The notes: generated by a model from the sequence alone, not told the origin. Positions 37,347 through 49,178 are shown, numbered from the whole stretch's first letter. The stretch is 63,535 nt of DNA, filler included, from 4 parts of 4 records of this genome joined end to end with filler, not necessarily neighbours in it, one strand, 5' to 3'. Made by a program: numbers and translations.

Positions 37347-37961
37347 GTGTGGTCAATCATTTCTGCGGCGGGCTGGCCAATTTGGCCTTTGATTTTTGGC
37401 TCGGTGGTCGCATTGGCAATCGTGTTTGAGCGCGTTTGGGCTTTGCGTAAAAAGGATTTGATCCCGGAAAACCTGGTAAGCGATGTGTGCAAAACCCTAC
37501 CCCAGTTCAAAGACCGGCAAAACATTGCCCGCCTGGAATCCCATAGCGCACTTGGAAGCTTGATGGCGGCCGGTTTATCAGCCTTCTACACAAACGAAGA
37601 TGTCGAAAGCGCCATGCAGGACAAATCCGTCGGCATTCAAAACACGCTTGAGAAACACCTTGACGTGTTGTCCATGATCGCCAGCGCCGCACCCTTAATG
37701 GGGCTATTGGGAACCGTCATCGGCATGATCGAGATTTTTGCAGTTCAAGGATCTGGCGCTCAATCTCCCGAAGCGATTGCCGCCGGTATCGCAGTAGCCC
37801 TGTACAACACCGCTTTTGGATTGATCGTTGCAATACCGGCCTTGGTCGCCTATCGACTGTTCCGCATCCGGATCAATAGCCTGCTCGAAGACATGGGAGA
37901 CTCGGTAAAACCTTTTGAAGACCTGCTGAAGCAGCACGCCAATTCACGCAAGGCTGGCTAA
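37347..37961 (+). CDS. exbB: MotA/TolQ/ExbB proton channel protein
   Basis: APLMGLLGTVIGMI, ALYNTAFGL. GTG start after AGGAG. Confidence 0.88.
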   Translation: MWSIISAAGWPIWPLIFGSVVALAIVFERVWALRKKDLIPENLVSDVCKTLPQFKDRQNIARLESHSALGSLMAAGLSAFYTNEDVESAMQDKSVGIQNTLEKHLDVLSMIASAAPLMGLLGTVIGMIEIFAVQGSGAQSPEAIAAGIAVALYNTAFGLIVAIPALVAYRLFRIRINSLLEDMGDSVKPFEDLLKQHANSRKAG

Positions 37962-37972
37962 GGAGCGGATCT

Positions 37973-38401
37973 TTGAGAATCAAGCGAACAACTGGCACAG
38001 AAGCACCGGACATCAACCTCATCCCGCTGATCGATGTGTTGCTGGTCATTGTGATTTTCCTGGTCGTCTCGACCACATTCATGCAGCCCAGCCAACTCGA
38101 AGTTGATTTGCCAGGCACCCAGAGCGCCAAGGAAGACAGCGCGCCACCCGAAGCGCTTCGAATCCGCGTGGGTCGAGATGGAAACTATGCGCTCGGTGCA
38201 CAAAGTGTGTTGACCGATGCCCAATTGCGCACCGAGCTGAGCAAGGTTTTGTCCGCCAAACCTGCGGACGAGGAACGCCGAGCCATTGTTGAAGCAGATG
38301 CGGCTGCTACCCATCAATCGGTGGTTACGGTAATGGACATGTTGGCCTCACTGGGAGTGGCCAAGGTATCAATAGCAACGGCAGGTGGCAAATCCCCATG
38401 A
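37973..38401 (+). CDS. exbD: ExbD/TolR family protein
   Basis: INLIPLIDVLLVIVIF. Confidence 0.9.
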   Translation: MRIKRTTGTEAPDINLIPLIDVLLVIVIFLVVSTTFMQPSQLEVDLPGTQSAKEDSAPPEALRIRVGRDGNYALGAQSVLTDAQLRTELSKVLSAKPADEERRAIVEADAAATHQSVVTVMDMLASLGVAKVSIATAGGKSP

Positions 38402-39468
38402 GCGCAAATGAACGCAAGGCCAGAGTTGAGTCTGCCTTGCTCAACATTTGGTACGCCGGGCATCAACCAGGGCTTTTCGTTGGTTTGATCCTGAGTTGGC
38501 TGGAATACATGTACAAAGCTTTGCGCTGGGCCACCCGGCAAAATTACAGATCGATTGCCGCAAGGAAAGCAAGCCATCCGCCAGTCTTGGTCGTCGGCAA
38601 CCTGATTGCCGGAGGTGCTGGAAAAACACCCATCGTGATGGCAATTTGCCAATACATGGTCGCCCGCGGTGACAAGGTGGGTATTGTAAGCCGGGGCTAT
38701 GGGCGATCCACAACCGCGCCAATATTGATTGATCCAACGAAAAACACACCTGCTGCGATTGAAGCGGGAGACGAGCCGCTTTTTCTGAGCCGTGAAACCG
38801 GTTGCCCGGTTGCTGTGTGCGCGGATCGAAATCAAGCAGTCAAACTTCTTTTGACCCACTTTCCGGATTTGAAGCTGATTGTGTCGGACGATGGCCTGCA
38901 ACATCACAAACTTGCCCGGCAAATCGAGTGGGTTGTATTTGACCAGAGAGCCCACGGCAATGGCCGCTTGCTTCCTGCAGGTCCGTTGCGCGAACCACTT
39001 TCCCGGCTTGGCACAGTGGATGCAGTACTGTGTTCCAACATCACTCCTCAAGCTCTGAGCAAAACATTGAATTGGCCGTATCAAGACAACTGGCATGCGA
39101 TTCAGGTTGAACTCAAGGGTTTTCGGCAACTGAGCTCGGGTCATTTTCTGACTGTTGAGCAGGCCGCAGAACAGTGGAAACCCCTGAAATTACTGGCTTT
39201 TACCGGAATCGGCGATCCGGACAAACTGTTCCGCGCAATTCGATTAGCGGGTCTTCGCCTGGACGCAAGCCGTGGCCTTCCAGACCATTTCAACTACCCC
39301 GAAGACTTTTGCACACAGTTCGATCAACAGGTACTAATAACAAGCGGCAAAGATGCCGTAAAATTGAACCATTCAAACCCAAAAGTGTGGGTGGCTGAAA
39401 TTAGTGTGAAACTACCCCCTGCCCTGACACAAGCCCTAGAGGATCGCATTGGACCCACAATTGATTGA
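38398..39468 (+). CDS. lpxK: Tetraacyldisaccharide 4'-kinase
   Basis: VGNLIAGGAGKTP, SRGYG, GDEP, DDGLQH, LPAGPLRE. Confidence 0.96.
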   Translation: MSANERKARVESALLNIWYAGHQPGLFVGLILSWLEYMYKALRWATRQNYRSIAARKASHPPVLVVGNLIAGGAGKTPIVMAICQYMVARGDKVGIVSRGYGRSTTAPILIDPTKNTPAAIEAGDEPLFLSRETGCPVAVCADRNQAVKLLLTHFPDLKLIVSDDGLQHHKLARQIEWVVFDQRAHGNGRLLPAGPLREPLSRLGTVDAVLCSNITPQALSKTLNWPYQDNWHAIQVELKGFRQLSSGHFLTVEQAAEQWKPLKLLAFTGIGDPDKLFRAIRLAGLRLDASRGLPDHFNYPEDFCTQFDQQVLITSGKDAVKLNHSNPKVWVAEISVKLPPALTQALEDRIGPTID

Positions 39469-39625
39469 CATCTTGGTTTGCCCCATTTGCAAAGGGCCAC
39501 TTGAAAAACGCCCTAGTGATGGCTTCTTGGTGTGCAAGGCAGACAAACTTGCTTTTCCTGTACGGGACGGAATCCCCATCATGCTTGTAGATCAGGCCGA
39601 ACCTGTTTCAATTCCCAACAACTAA
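39449..39625 (+). CDS. ycaR: Trm112 family protein YcaR, 58 aa (absent from the ORF track)
   Basis: Hand translation MDPQLIDILVCPICKGPL...LAFPVRDGIPIMLVDQA; TTG start after GAGGA; lies between lpxK and kdsB. Confidence 0.92.
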   Translation: MDPQLIDILVCPICKGPLEKRPSDGFLVCKADKLAFPVRDGIPIMLVDQAEPVSIPNN

Positions 39626-39634
39626 GCTCTCGCC

Positions 39635-40396
39635 ATGTTCAAAGCCGTTATTCCGGCCCGCCACGCGTCAACCCGCCTGCCTGGCAAACCGCTTCTCGAC
39701 ATTGCAGGCAAGCCCATGGTCGTACGTGTGGCCGAACAGGCCCTGAAGTCAGGTGCTGACGAAGTGTTGGTGGCCACCGATCACCCTGAAATTGAGTGGG
39801 TCTGCAAAGCCCACAACCTGCAGGTTGTCATGACCCGTGGCGACTGGCCCACGGGCACCGATCGGATTGCCGAAGTTGTTCAAAGCAAAGGCTGGTCAGA
39901 CGATACGGTTGTGGTGAATGTACAGGGCGACGAACCCTTGATTGACCCGGCCCTGATTGATTTAGTCGCCAACGCCTTGCTGGAGGATGCTCAAGATATT
40001 GCCACTTGCGGGCATGCGATTGACCACTGGGAGGAATTCAAGAATCCAAATGTGGTGAAAATCGCCATGCGGGAAGACGGCGAAGCACTTTACTTTTCAC
40101 GCGCGCCTATTCCGTATCCACGGGACACTTTTGCCACGGAATCCAGACCTGAAGGTTCGGAAGCAGGACCACTGGGCATTCGACACATTGGCCTGTACGC
40201 CTACCGAGCCCGTTTTCTCAAGATATACCAGACGTTGCCACCCGCCGGAATCGAAGTACTTGAATCACTTGAACAACTCAGGGCGCTGGCCAATGGCTTT
40301 CGTATAAAAGTGTGTATGATTCAGGATGCCCCGCTTCCCGGGGTAGACACCGCACAAGACCTTGAAAAAGTGAGGGCATTGTTCGGGTCTCGTTAA
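39635..40396 (+). CDS. kdsB: 3-deoxy-manno-octulosonate cytidylyltransferase
   Basis: IPARHASTRLPGKPL, NVQGDEP, ESLEQLRAL. Confidence 0.97.
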   Translation: MFKAVIPARHASTRLPGKPLLDIAGKPMVVRVAEQALKSGADEVLVATDHPEIEWVCKAHNLQVVMTRGDWPTGTDRIAEVVQSKGWSDDTVVVNVQGDEPLIDPALIDLVANALLEDAQDIATCGHAIDHWEEFKNPNVVKIAMREDGEALYFSRAPIPYPRDTFATESRPEGSEAGPLGIRHIGLYAYRARFLKIYQTLPPAGIEVLESLEQLRALANGFRIKVCMIQDAPLPGVDTAQDLEKVRALFGSR

Positions 40397-40518
40397 GGCT
40401 GAACGACCATGAAAAAATATTCGAGCCGGACTGTGGGTAAGTTTTCTGCAAGTTGGAGAACCCATAATCGCCAAGGCCTCGGATAAGAAAAAACGGCCAA
40501 AAATATCGCCTGTTGTAA

Positions 40519-41223
<705 letters not shown>

Positions 41224-41250
41224 TACCAAAGCCAAATGTAATAACCAGTT

Positions 41251-41272
41251 GCAGCACCTGCCCGGGTGCTGC
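41251..41272. terminator. Hairpin between the convergent adk and murJ genes
   Basis: GCAGCACC...GGTGCTGC. Confidence 0.55.
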
Positions 41273-41292
41273 TCCTTCCGTAAAAACCTCAC

Positions 41293-42852
41293 TCAAACAA
41301 CAGGCTTGCGAATCAGACGCCTCGGGTTCAGCCCCAGGGCGGCCAGCACTGCAAAGTAGATCACGCCACACACTCCGATTACCCCAAGCACCGCACCCAC
41401 GCGCGCAAGCGGAGCCGAAGCCATCCCCAGCCAGTCAAACTGCTGGTTCATAAACCACAGGGAAAAACCCATGGCAACTGCCGCAGCCAACACCTTGATG
41501 AAATAGAGCCCCCAGCCACTGGAGGGCGTGTACAAACCGCGCCTGCGAAGCCCCCAATACAACACTGAGGCATTGAGAACAGCACCAACACTGATGCTCA
41601 GTGGCAACCCTGCATGGCCCAGCCATGGTACGGTGATCAAATTCATCACTTGGGTGGCCAACACCACCACAATCCCTATCTTCACGGGCGTCCGGATGTC
41701 TTGTTTGGCATAAAAGCCAGGGGCCAGAATTTTGACCAAGACCAAACCAGCCAAACCCAAGCTGTAAGCAACCACGGCTTGACTGGTCATGGCCACGTCG
41801 TTGGCATCAAAGCGTCCGTAGTGAAACAGCAGAGCCACCAAGGCATCCGAAAACAGGCCCATGCCCACAGCGGCCGGCAAAACGAGCACCACCGTCAAGC
41901 GCAAACCCCAATCCATCAAGCGTGAATATTCCTCGTGGCTTCGTGTTGCGGCGGCAGAAAGGGATGGCAGCAATACAGTGCCCAAAGCGACACCCAAGAG
42001 GGCGGTGGGAAATTCCATCAAGCGATCGCCATAAGAAATCCAAGAGACACTGCCCTGCTCAAGATGCGATGCAATGTTGGTATTGATGATCAGACTGATC
42101 TGCGCCACCGACACAGCCAACGTGGCTGGCACCATATTCTTCAGAACCCGACGAACACGCTCATCGCCCCAAGCTGCCTTAATGTCCCCAAGACCTGCAA
42201 AAGGATTGATCAGACAATCTGTGCGCGCCAGCCCATACCAAAGCACCGCCACCTGCAAAACACCTCCAACCATCACGGCAATTGCAAACGCTTTCACCGC
42301 TTGGTCAAAGTAAGGTGCAAGCAGCAAAGCGCCAGCAATAAAACTGATGTTCAACAGCACCGGCGCAAAGGCCGGCAATGCGAATGAGCGAAAAGTGTTC
42401 AGCAAGCCAGAGGCCAGTGCAACCATGGAGATCAGGAGAATGTATGGAAACATCCACTGCGTGAGCAACACTGTCAGCTCAAACTGCTCACTACCCCGAT
42501 CAAGCCCACTGGCCATAGCCATCACCACCCAACTGCCGCCTACTACACCAGCCACGACAATTAGCAGCAAGACGAGAAACAGGAGAGAACTGACGCGCCG
42601 GGCCAAATCCACCGCAGCTGATTTGCCATCTGTAGCGTTGGTCTGGGACAAAATCGGAATAAAGGCCTGCGAAAAGGCACCTTCAGCAAATAATCTGCGC
42701 AAAAGATTGGGAATTCGAAAAGCGATAAAGAATGCGTCGGATTCAGCACCCGCCCCCAACAGGCGCGCGGTGATTGTCTCTCGGATCAGGCCAGTGATCC
42801 GGGAGAGCATGGTCATGGCGCTCACCGCTGCGGCCGATTTCAATAAATTCAT
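41293..42852 (-). CDS. murJ: Lipid II flippase MurJ
   Basis: [36 protein letters not shown]. Confidence 0.97.
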   Translation of the reverse strand: MNLLKSAAAVSAMTMLSRITGLIRETITARLLGAGAESDAFFIAFRIPNLLRRLFAEGAFSQAFIPILSQTNATDGKSAAVDLARRVSSLLFLVLLLIVVAGVVGGSWVVMAMASGLDRGSEQFELTVLLTQWMFPYILLISMVALASGLLNTFRSFALPAFAPVLLNISFIAGALLLAPYFDQAVKAFAIAVMVGGVLQVAVLWYGLARTDCLINPFAGLGDIKAAWGDERVRRVLKNMVPATLAVSVAQISLIINTNIASHLEQGSVSWISYGDRLMEFPTALLGVALGTVLLPSLSAAATRSHEEYSRLMDWGLRLTVVLVLPAAVGMGLFSDALVALLFHYGRFDANDVAMTSQAVVAYSLGLAGLVLVKILAPGFYAKQDIRTPVKIGIVVVLATQVMNLITVPWLGHAGLPLSISVGAVLNASVLYWGLRRRGLYTPSSGWGLYFIKVLAAAVAMGFSLWFMNQQFDWLGMASAPLARVGAVLGVIGVCGVIYFAVLAALGLNPRRLIRKPVV

Positions 42853-42929
42853 ATAGTGATTGTGAAAGGGCTAGTATTTTGTTAAAATTGCGGGTTTTCG
42901 AATTCTACACCCCTTGGAGCCTCAGCAAT

Positions 42930-43196
42930 ATGGCCAACTCAGCACAGGCGCGCAAGCGCGCAAAACAAGCCGCCAAAGCAAATGCGCACAATTCAGCCAT
43001 TCGCTCAGCGATGAGAACCGCAGTGAAAAAAGTACGCGCTGCTGTTGAAGCGGGCGACAAAGCCGCTGCACAAGCAGTTTATCGCGAAACAACCAGCATT
43101 CTGGATCGCGTTGCAGACAAAGACCTGATCCACAAAAACAAAGCCTCACGCAACAAGTCTCGCTTGTCTGCGCTCGTAAAAGGCATGGCCGCCTAA
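42930..43196 (+). CDS. rpsT: 30S ribosomal protein S20
   Basis: [11 protein letters not shown]...[12 protein letters not shown]; divergent from murJ. Confidence 0.97.
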   Translation: MANSAQARKRAKQAAKANAHNSAIRSAMRTAVKKVRAAVEAGDKAAAQAVYRETTSILDRVADKDLIHKNKASRNKSRLSALVKGMAA

Positions 43197-43266
43197 TAGG
43201 CCTAAACTAATAAGCCTTAACTAATAGGCCTTGACTTATAGACCTTGACTTACAGGCCTTGAATCA
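43197..43266. repeat. Five degenerate 14-bp tandem repeats
   Basis: TAGGCCTAAACTAA TAAGCCTTAACTAA TAGGCCTTGACTTA TAGACCTTGACTTA CAGGCCTTGAATCA. Confidence 0.85.
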
Positions 43267-43327
43267 AGCCTCAATTTGGGATCCAACCCAAAGGCTTAAA
43301 CCTTAAGGTTCTTTGTTCGCCCCACAT

Positions 43328-43358
43328 AAAAAAGCCCCTTGATCGAAAGGGGCTTTTT
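43328..43358. terminator. Bidirectional intrinsic terminator
   Basis: AAAAAAGCCCCTT-GATCGA-AAGGGGCTTTTT. Confidence 0.85.
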
Positions 43359-43413
43359 GTGTTGACGAATTGTGACTCCAGACGTCTTTGAATGACGATC
43401 CCGGACCGGTTTA

Positions 43414-43737
43414 CTATTCTGGATCGGGTAACAAGCACGCATCCAGAACCTGCAAATCGTTGTCACGTGCAAAGTTCAATACAAAAGTCATGGCCATGGG
43501 CTCAATATCGCGCAAGCGCTCATCAACCACGACGCACTTCACATTGTTCATCAAGATTGGCTTGGCATAGGGACTGTAAGCCAGGTGTTGTTGGCTCTGC
43601 TGGCGCCCAGGCGGGCGGTAACAAGACAACACGCCACAAAGACGCTCGGCCCAGTCTGAAGGACGAAAAGGCCGTCCTCCTGATGTGAGTCCGAGAATGA
43701 AAAATTCCTTGGGCTTGACCTTGGGTGGTTCAGCCAT
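43414..43737 (-). CDS. DUF3579 family protein
   Basis: G+T..GR.FRPSDWAERL, FA.DNDL; betaproteobacterial family. Confidence 0.85.
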   Translation of the reverse strand: MAEPPKVKPKEFFILGLTSGGRPFRPSDWAERLCGVLSCYRPPGRQQSQQHLAYSPYAKPILMNNVKCVVVDERLRDIEPMAMTFVLNFARDNDLQVLDACLLPDPE

Positions 43738-43839
43738 AACCGAATAGCTCCTGAGGTGTACTCGCACCCCGACATGTAATTTTGTGTGTATTGTCGGGGG
43801 TGATCCTTACAGCGTGCTGAAGAATCCGCGGGTAGTGAC

Positions 43840-44670
43840 TTAGGCTCGATCGATGCGAGCGTAAGCTGAGTGGTTGTGAATGGACTCGAAGTTCTCGGCT
43901 TCTACGGTGTACTGACCCACCTGCGAGAACTTGTTCATGGCAATGGCCACATCCCGAACCAAATCTTCCACAAATTTGGGATTGTCGTAGGCACGCTCAG
44001 TCACATACTTTTCATCAGGGCGTTTGAGCAGACCATACAACTCGCAGGATGCCTGCTGCTCGATCGCAGAAATAAACTGGGCAATGTCCACATCGTCTTT
44101 CAACTGCACGCGCGCGGTGACGTGCGAACGCTGATTATGTGCACCATACTCAGAAATCTTCTTGGAACAGGGACACAAGCTGGTCACTGGAACAACCACC
44201 GTAAGGTAGATGTCTTGGCCTGTCGCAGTGGCCGAACCTTCGAGCGTCAACTGATAGTCCATCAGGCTTGAAACCCCGCTGATGGGTGCAACTTTGGAGA
44301 GGAAATAAGGCAGTTCCATCTTGATGCGACCTGAGGGCGCATCCAGACGCTGCAGCATTTCAACCAGCATGGCGCGGAAACCGCTGACTGTCAGCACAGT
44401 ACCCTGTGCTTCCTCCAGCAAAGCGATGAAACGAGACATGTGCGTGCCTTTCTGATCAGCAGGCAGAAACACGGTCATTTCGAACTCGGCCACGGAGGGC
44501 ATGGGCTTTTGGCCTTGAAGCTCAATCAGAACTGGGTATTTGACAGAACGAATGCCCACCGATTGGATTGCAATGTGGCGGGTGTCGATGGTGCTTTGGA
44601 CATCGGGAATGGCCTGGTCGATTGGGTTAGTGGCCACGGCATTCTCCAAGCCTTTGTCACGTGTATTCAT
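43840..44670 (-). CDS. folE2: GTP cyclohydrolase IB FolE2
   Basis: KGTHMSRF, SLCPCSK, GAHNQR, LLKRPDEK, ESIHNH. Confidence 0.96.
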   Translation of the reverse strand: MNTRDKGLENAVATNPIDQAIPDVQSTIDTRHIAIQSVGIRSVKYPVLIELQGQKPMPSVAEFEMTVFLPADQKGTHMSRFIALLEEAQGTVLTVSGFRAMLVEMLQRLDAPSGRIKMELPYFLSKVAPISGVSSLMDYQLTLEGSATATGQDIYLTVVVPVTSLCPCSKKISEYGAHNQRSHVTARVQLKDDVDIAQFISAIEQQASCELYGLLKRPDEKYVTERAYDNPKFVEDLVRDVAIAMNKFSQVGQYTVEAENFESIHNHSAYARIDRA

Positions 44671-44677
44671 AACTTCC

Positions 44678-46597
44678 TCATGTGTTCGCGGCACGCCCTG
44701 CTACATGGCGTACCACATTGGTGTGGCGATCAAAGAGCTCGCCATAGTGCTGCTTGATGGACGTTTCTATGCCTTGGGCGTCCAGTCCAAGATTCTTGAG
44801 CAGGAGAGCGGGATCTCCGTGGTCGATGAATTCATCGGGCAAGCCGAGTTGCAACACTGCGTTATTAAATCCTTGGGCATGCAGGTGTTCAGTCACCGCC
44901 GAACCTGCGCCACCCATGATACAGCCCTCTTCAACAGTCACAAAGCTGTAGCGCTGCTCGGCAAACCGTTGTAACAATTCTGCATCAATTGGCTTGACCC
45001 AGCGCATGTCCACCACAGTGGCGCCGAGCGCCCGGCCAGCCTCAAGACTTGGTTCACACATGGAGCCAAATGCCAAAATTACAAGTTTGTGCTCAGATTC
45101 ATCGGGCGAATACCGCACAATTGCCTTGCCAATTTCAACTGTATCCAACGATTCATCGGCCACCACACCCGGACCAACACCGCGTGGATAACGCACCGAA
45201 GCGCAACCAGGGTAGTGGTAGGCCGTGGTCAATAATTTGCGGCACTCATCCTCGTTGGAGGGTGCCGCAATCACCATATTGGGAATGCAACGCAGGTAAG
45301 CGATGTCGTAATTGCCTGCGTGGGTGGCACCGTCCGCACCCACCAAACCGGCTCGATCCAACGCAAAAGTCACATCCAGATTCTGCAAGGCCACGTCGTG
45401 AATCAGTTGGTCGTATGCGCGCTGCAGGAATGTGGAGTAAATGGCCACGACGGGTTTCATGCCCTCGCAAGCCAGACCAGCAGCAAAAGTGACGGCGTGT
45501 TGCTCCGCAATACCGACATCAAAATAGCGTGACGGAAAACGACGCTCGAATTCAACCATGCCGGAACCCTCGCGCATGGCTGGGGTAATGCCCACCAGTT
45601 TGCGGTCGGATTGCGCCATGTCGCACAACCATTTTCCAAAAATCTGGGTGTAAGTGGGTGGCTTGGGTGAGTTCGATTTTTGAATACCAACACTGGGATC
45701 GAACTTGCCCGGGCCGTGGTACAGCACGGGGTCTTGCTCGGCCAGCTTGTAGCCTGCTCCCTTTTTGGTGATGACATGCAGGAAGATCGGACCTTTCATG
45801 GCACGCAGGTTTTGCAGGGTGGGCACAAGCGCGTCCAGATCGTGACCATCAATGGGACCGTAGTAATTGAAGCCAAACTCCTCAAACAGAGTTGCCGGGC
45901 TCATCATGCCCTTGACATGCTCCTCAAGCCGGTGTGCCAGCTCGTACAAGGGTGGCGCCACACCCAGAATGCCCTTGCCCACTTCCTTTACATTGTTCAA
46001 CATGCGACCGGACAACAACTTGGCCAAATACTTGTTCAGCGCGCCCACAGGGGGTGAAATTGACATGTCGTTGTCATTCAAAATCACCAGTAAGTCTATG
46101 TCTGGAGTCACGCCAGCATTATTCAGGGCCTCAAATGCCATGCCTGCGGTCATCGAGCCATCTCCGATTACGGCAATATGCTTGCGGTTCACACCCAAAT
46201 TGCGTGATGCAACCGCCATGCCCAAGGCAGCAGAGATAGAGGTACTGGAATGCGCGGTACCAAAGGCGTCATATTCAGACTCTGAACGCTTGGGAAAACC
46301 TGAAATTCCGCCGTATTGGCGCAAGCCTGGCATCGCATCTCGCCGGCCAGTTAAAATTTTGTGTGGATAAGTTTGATGGCCTACATCCCACACCACACGA
46401 TCATTCGGTGTATTGAATACATAGTGCAACGCAACAGTTAACTCGACCGTCCCGAGGTTGGATGACAAATGCCCGCCGGTTTTGGCCACTTGCTCCACGA
46501 TGTAATTGCGCAACTCGTCCGCCAGCTTGGGTAGCTGGTTTTCAGACAGTCGCCGCAAGTCTGCGGGGCAATCAATTTTTTTCAGCAGATCGGTCAT
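44678..46597 (-). CDS. dxs: 1-deoxy-D-xylulose-5-phosphate synthase
   Basis: [37 protein letters not shown]. Confidence 0.98.
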   Translation of the reverse strand: MTDLLKKIDCPADLRRLSENQLPKLADELRNYIVEQVAKTGGHLSSNLGTVELTVALHYVFNTPNDRVVWDVGHQTYPHKILTGRRDAMPGLRQYGGISGFPKRSESEYDAFGTAHSSTSISAALGMAVASRNLGVNRKHIAVIGDGSMTAGMAFEALNNAGVTPDIDLLVILNDNDMSISPPVGALNKYLAKLLSGRMLNNVKEVGKGILGVAPPLYELAHRLEEHVKGMMSPATLFEEFGFNYYGPIDGHDLDALVPTLQNLRAMKGPIFLHVITKKGAGYKLAEQDPVLYHGPGKFDPSVGIQKSNSPKPPTYTQIFGKWLCDMAQSDRKLVGITPAMREGSGMVEFERRFPSRYFDVGIAEQHAVTFAAGLACEGMKPVVAIYSTFLQRAYDQLIHDVALQNLDVTFALDRAGLVGADGATHAGNYDIAYLRCIPNMVIAAPSNEDECRKLLTTAYHYPGCASVRYPRGVGPGVVADESLDTVEIGKAIVRYSPDESEHKLVILAFGSMCEPSLEAGRALGATVVDMRWVKPIDAELLQRFAEQRYSFVTVEEGCIMGGAGSAVTEHLHAQGFNNAVLQLGLPDEFIDHGDPALLLKNLGLDAQGIETSIKQHYGELFDRHTNVVRHVAGRAANT

Positions 46598-47496
46598 GAT
46601 TTCCGGTTTGTAATGAGTTCTACAAGGATTTCCAGCGGGGCACGGCGAGGGACAGAGATAACTTCACAAGCTGAAAAAGCCTCCTCCCGTAGCTTGGCCA
46701 ACAGCGCTTTGGCTTCACCCAAGCCCATCAAACTTACCATGGTAGGTTTGTTGTTCAGCGCGTCCTTGCCAGATGTTTTGCCCAGCACCTCACTGGTGGA
46801 TTCCACATCTAATATGTCGTCAATTACCTGATATGCCAAGCCCAAACAATGGGCATAGGCCTCTAATCCACTCTTCTCAACGGCAGAAAGTGCTGGATTG
46901 CTGACATATCCCATTCGCACAGAGGCAGTGATCAAATCGCCGGTCTTGCGGGCATGCATCAGCTTCAATGACTGTAGATCCATCGGTTTGCCGACATGCG
47001 CAAGATCAATCGCCTGCCCGGCGGCCATGCCCTGCAAACCAGCAGCACTCGCCAAAGCGGTGATTTGATGCATGCGTACCTGCTCACTGCCTTGTTTCGA
47101 TTGCGCAAGCCATTGGAAAGCTGCAGTTTGCAAGGCATCGCCCGCCAACAAAGCGAAAGCTTCACCAAACTTCACATGACAGGTTGGTTTGCCACGGCGC
47201 AGCACATCGTTGTCCATGCAGGGCAAATCATCGTGAACCAAGGAGTAAGCGTGCATCGCCTCGATAGCACAGGCCGCATCGCTTAACCCGATAGCGGGTG
47301 TCTCCACTGCATGGCCTGCCGCAAACACCAGCATCGCGCGCAGGCGCTTGCCACCATCCAGAAGCGCATATTCAATGGCCGCATTCAGCTCGCTGGAGGG
47401 ACCTTTGAACTGTTTTAACTTTTCAGCCAATGCCGCCTCAAAACCAGCACGGGTCTCATCAAACCAGTTCAATTGAATAGGCTGGGCTAGAGTCAC
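46594..47496 (-). CDS. ispA: Farnesyl diphosphate synthase
   Basis: [27 protein letters not shown]. Confidence 0.95.
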   Translation of the reverse strand: MTLAQPIQLNWFDETRAGFEAALAEKLKQFKGPSSELNAAIEYALLDGGKRLRAMLVFAAGHAVETPAIGLSDAACAIEAMHAYSLVHDDLPCMDNDVLRRGKPTCHVKFGEAFALLAGDALQTAAFQWLAQSKQGSEQVRMHQITALASAAGLQGMAAGQAIDLAHVGKPMDLQSLKLMHARKTGDLITASVRMGYVSNPALSAVEKSGLEAYAHCLGLAYQVIDDILDVESTSEVLGKTSGKDALNNKPTMVSLMGLGEAKALLAKLREEAFSACEVISVPRRAPLEILVELITNRKS

Positions 47497-47753
47497 TGTG
47501 CACCTTCATCAGCGGGTTTGTTCAATGTTTGTTCAATCTCGGTGACTTCTTTGCGAACCTGGGTTAAACGATCCCTGCAGTATTTCACCAGGTAGGCTCC
47601 ACGTTTGTAATCCGTCAGCAGTTGATCAAGGCCGAGATTCTGTGAGTCCATGGTGTTCACCAAAGCCTCAAGCTCGGCCACCGCCTCTTCGAAAGACGCT
47701 GGTACGGCCTGGGCATCGTCAACAGGTACTGTTTTTGGTTTGCTGGGGCTCAT
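47493..47753 (-). CDS. xseB: Exodeoxyribonuclease VII small subunit
   Basis: SFEEAVAELEALV; xseB-ispA-dxs gene order. Confidence 0.92.
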   Translation of the reverse strand: MSPSKPKTVPVDDAQAVPASFEEAVAELEALVNTMDSQNLGLDQLLTDYKRGAYLVKYCRDRLTQVRKEVTEIEQTLNKPADEGAQ

Positions 47754-47927
47754 GGTGCTGCAGTGCGTGGTGCAAAGTCCTCCATTTTACTGCGAGTTTG
47801 CCCAAAGGCGAAAAGTCTTTGGCCGGAATGCAGACTAAAGGGTACAATCCCACTTTCTCTTTTTGTTCAACAGGTTAATTTGCATCAGTGTCGATCAGGG
47901 ACACTGTTGGAGGAGGTCCCCGGGATC

Positions 47928-49073
47928 ATGTCCGATTTGAGTGATTTGTCCAAGGTGTCACATGCCGTGACGCAATCAAGTTTGCAGCCTCATGTTTCAT
48001 CGTATTTCGATGAACATGTTTTGAAGGATGAAATCCAACTACTCTATCGAGACGGACCGGGCTACGTCGGCCACACCCATTGGGTGCCCGAGCGCGGCGA
48101 CTGGAGATCACTTCCCTGGGAAGGCGATGGTCGTATTTTGGTCAACAATGGCTCGGAAATCGAGCTTTTGTCCAATGTATGTCGCCATCGTCAAGCCATT
48201 ATGCTTAAAGGCCACGGCAATTCCAGCAACATTGTCTGCCCTCTTCACCGCTGGACCTACGATTTGAAAGGCGAATTGCTGGGCGCACCCCACTTTGCCC
48301 AGCAGCCCTGCACCAAGCTGCAGTCCTATCCGTTGCAGAACTGGCGAGGCCTGCTGTTTAGTTCCGGACGCAATGTGCTTGAAGAGTTGAAAAACGTTCC
48401 ATTCCTGCAAGAAATTGATTTTTCCGAATTCCAACTCGATTCGGTAAAAACCAATGTGCTGCCCTACAACTGGAAAACCTTCATCGAGGTCTATCTGGAG
48501 GATTATCACGTTGAGCCCTTCCACCCCGGCCTGGGTCAGTTTGTAAGCTGCTCGGATTTACAGTGGTATTACGGGGAAAACTGGAGCGTGCAATCAGTGG
48601 GCGTGAAGGCAGGCCTGCGTCGCCCAGGCACGCCGGTGTACCGACAATGGCATGAAGCCGTGAAGAAATTCAGCAATGGTGTAGAACCCAAGTATGGCGC
48701 AATCTGGTTCTGTATGTACCCCAACATCATGGTGGAATGGTACCCGCATGTGCTGGTGGTCTCCACGCTGCACCCCAAAGGCCCGCAAGAAACCCTAAAC
48801 GTCGTCGAATTTTATTACCCTGAGGAAATTCGTCTGTTTGAACGGGAGTTTGTGGAGGCAGAACAGGCCGCCTACATGGAAACAGCCGTCGAAGACGACG
48901 AGATCGCCGAACGGATGGACGAAGGGCGCAGAGTGTTGATGGAGCGCGGGGAACATGACGCGGGCCCCTACCAAAGCCCGATGGAAGACGGAATGGCGCA
49001 CTTTCACGCCTGGTACGGGGCTCAAATGAACCCCACTCACCAACAGTCCGGGAAACTGAAAAAAACCTTCTGA
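47928..49073 (+). CDS. Rieske non-heme iron oxygenase alpha subunit, probably putrescine 2-hydroxylase
   Basis: CRH...CPLHRWTY Rieske motif and NWK...EDYHVEPFH iron site; divergent from xseB. The specific function is an inference. Confidence 0.8.
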   Translation: MSDLSDLSKVSHAVTQSSLQPHVSSYFDEHVLKDEIQLLYRDGPGYVGHTHWVPERGDWRSLPWEGDGRILVNNGSEIELLSNVCRHRQAIMLKGHGNSSNIVCPLHRWTYDLKGELLGAPHFAQQPCTKLQSYPLQNWRGLLFSSGRNVLEELKNVPFLQEIDFSEFQLDSVKTNVLPYNWKTFIEVYLEDYHVEPFHPGLGQFVSCSDLQWYYGENWSVQSVGVKAGLRRPGTPVYRQWHEAVKKFSNGVEPKYGAIWFCMYPNIMVEWYPHVLVVSTLHPKGPQETLNVVEFYYPEEIRLFEREFVEAEQAAYMETAVEDDEIAERMDEGRRVLMERGEHDAGPYQSPMEDGMAHFHAWYGAQMNPTHQQSGKLKKTF

Positions 49074-49178
49074 CCTGTAAAACCACGCATCGTTAAAATC
49101 AATATCGCGATTTGTATTTTTGTTTAATCTTTTTCTGGTACATTGATTGGACAAAAATAAAACTCTGGATATATTTAA

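Noticed and set aside
37960..38400. Absence of msbA before lpxK
   Set aside because: To my knowledge exbB-exbD-lpxK-ycaR-kdsB-adk without msbA is an ordinary Burkholderiales arrangement.
46362..46370. Perfect DnaA box TGTGGATAA
   Set aside because: Lies inside dxs and is explained by the conserved TYPHK codons.
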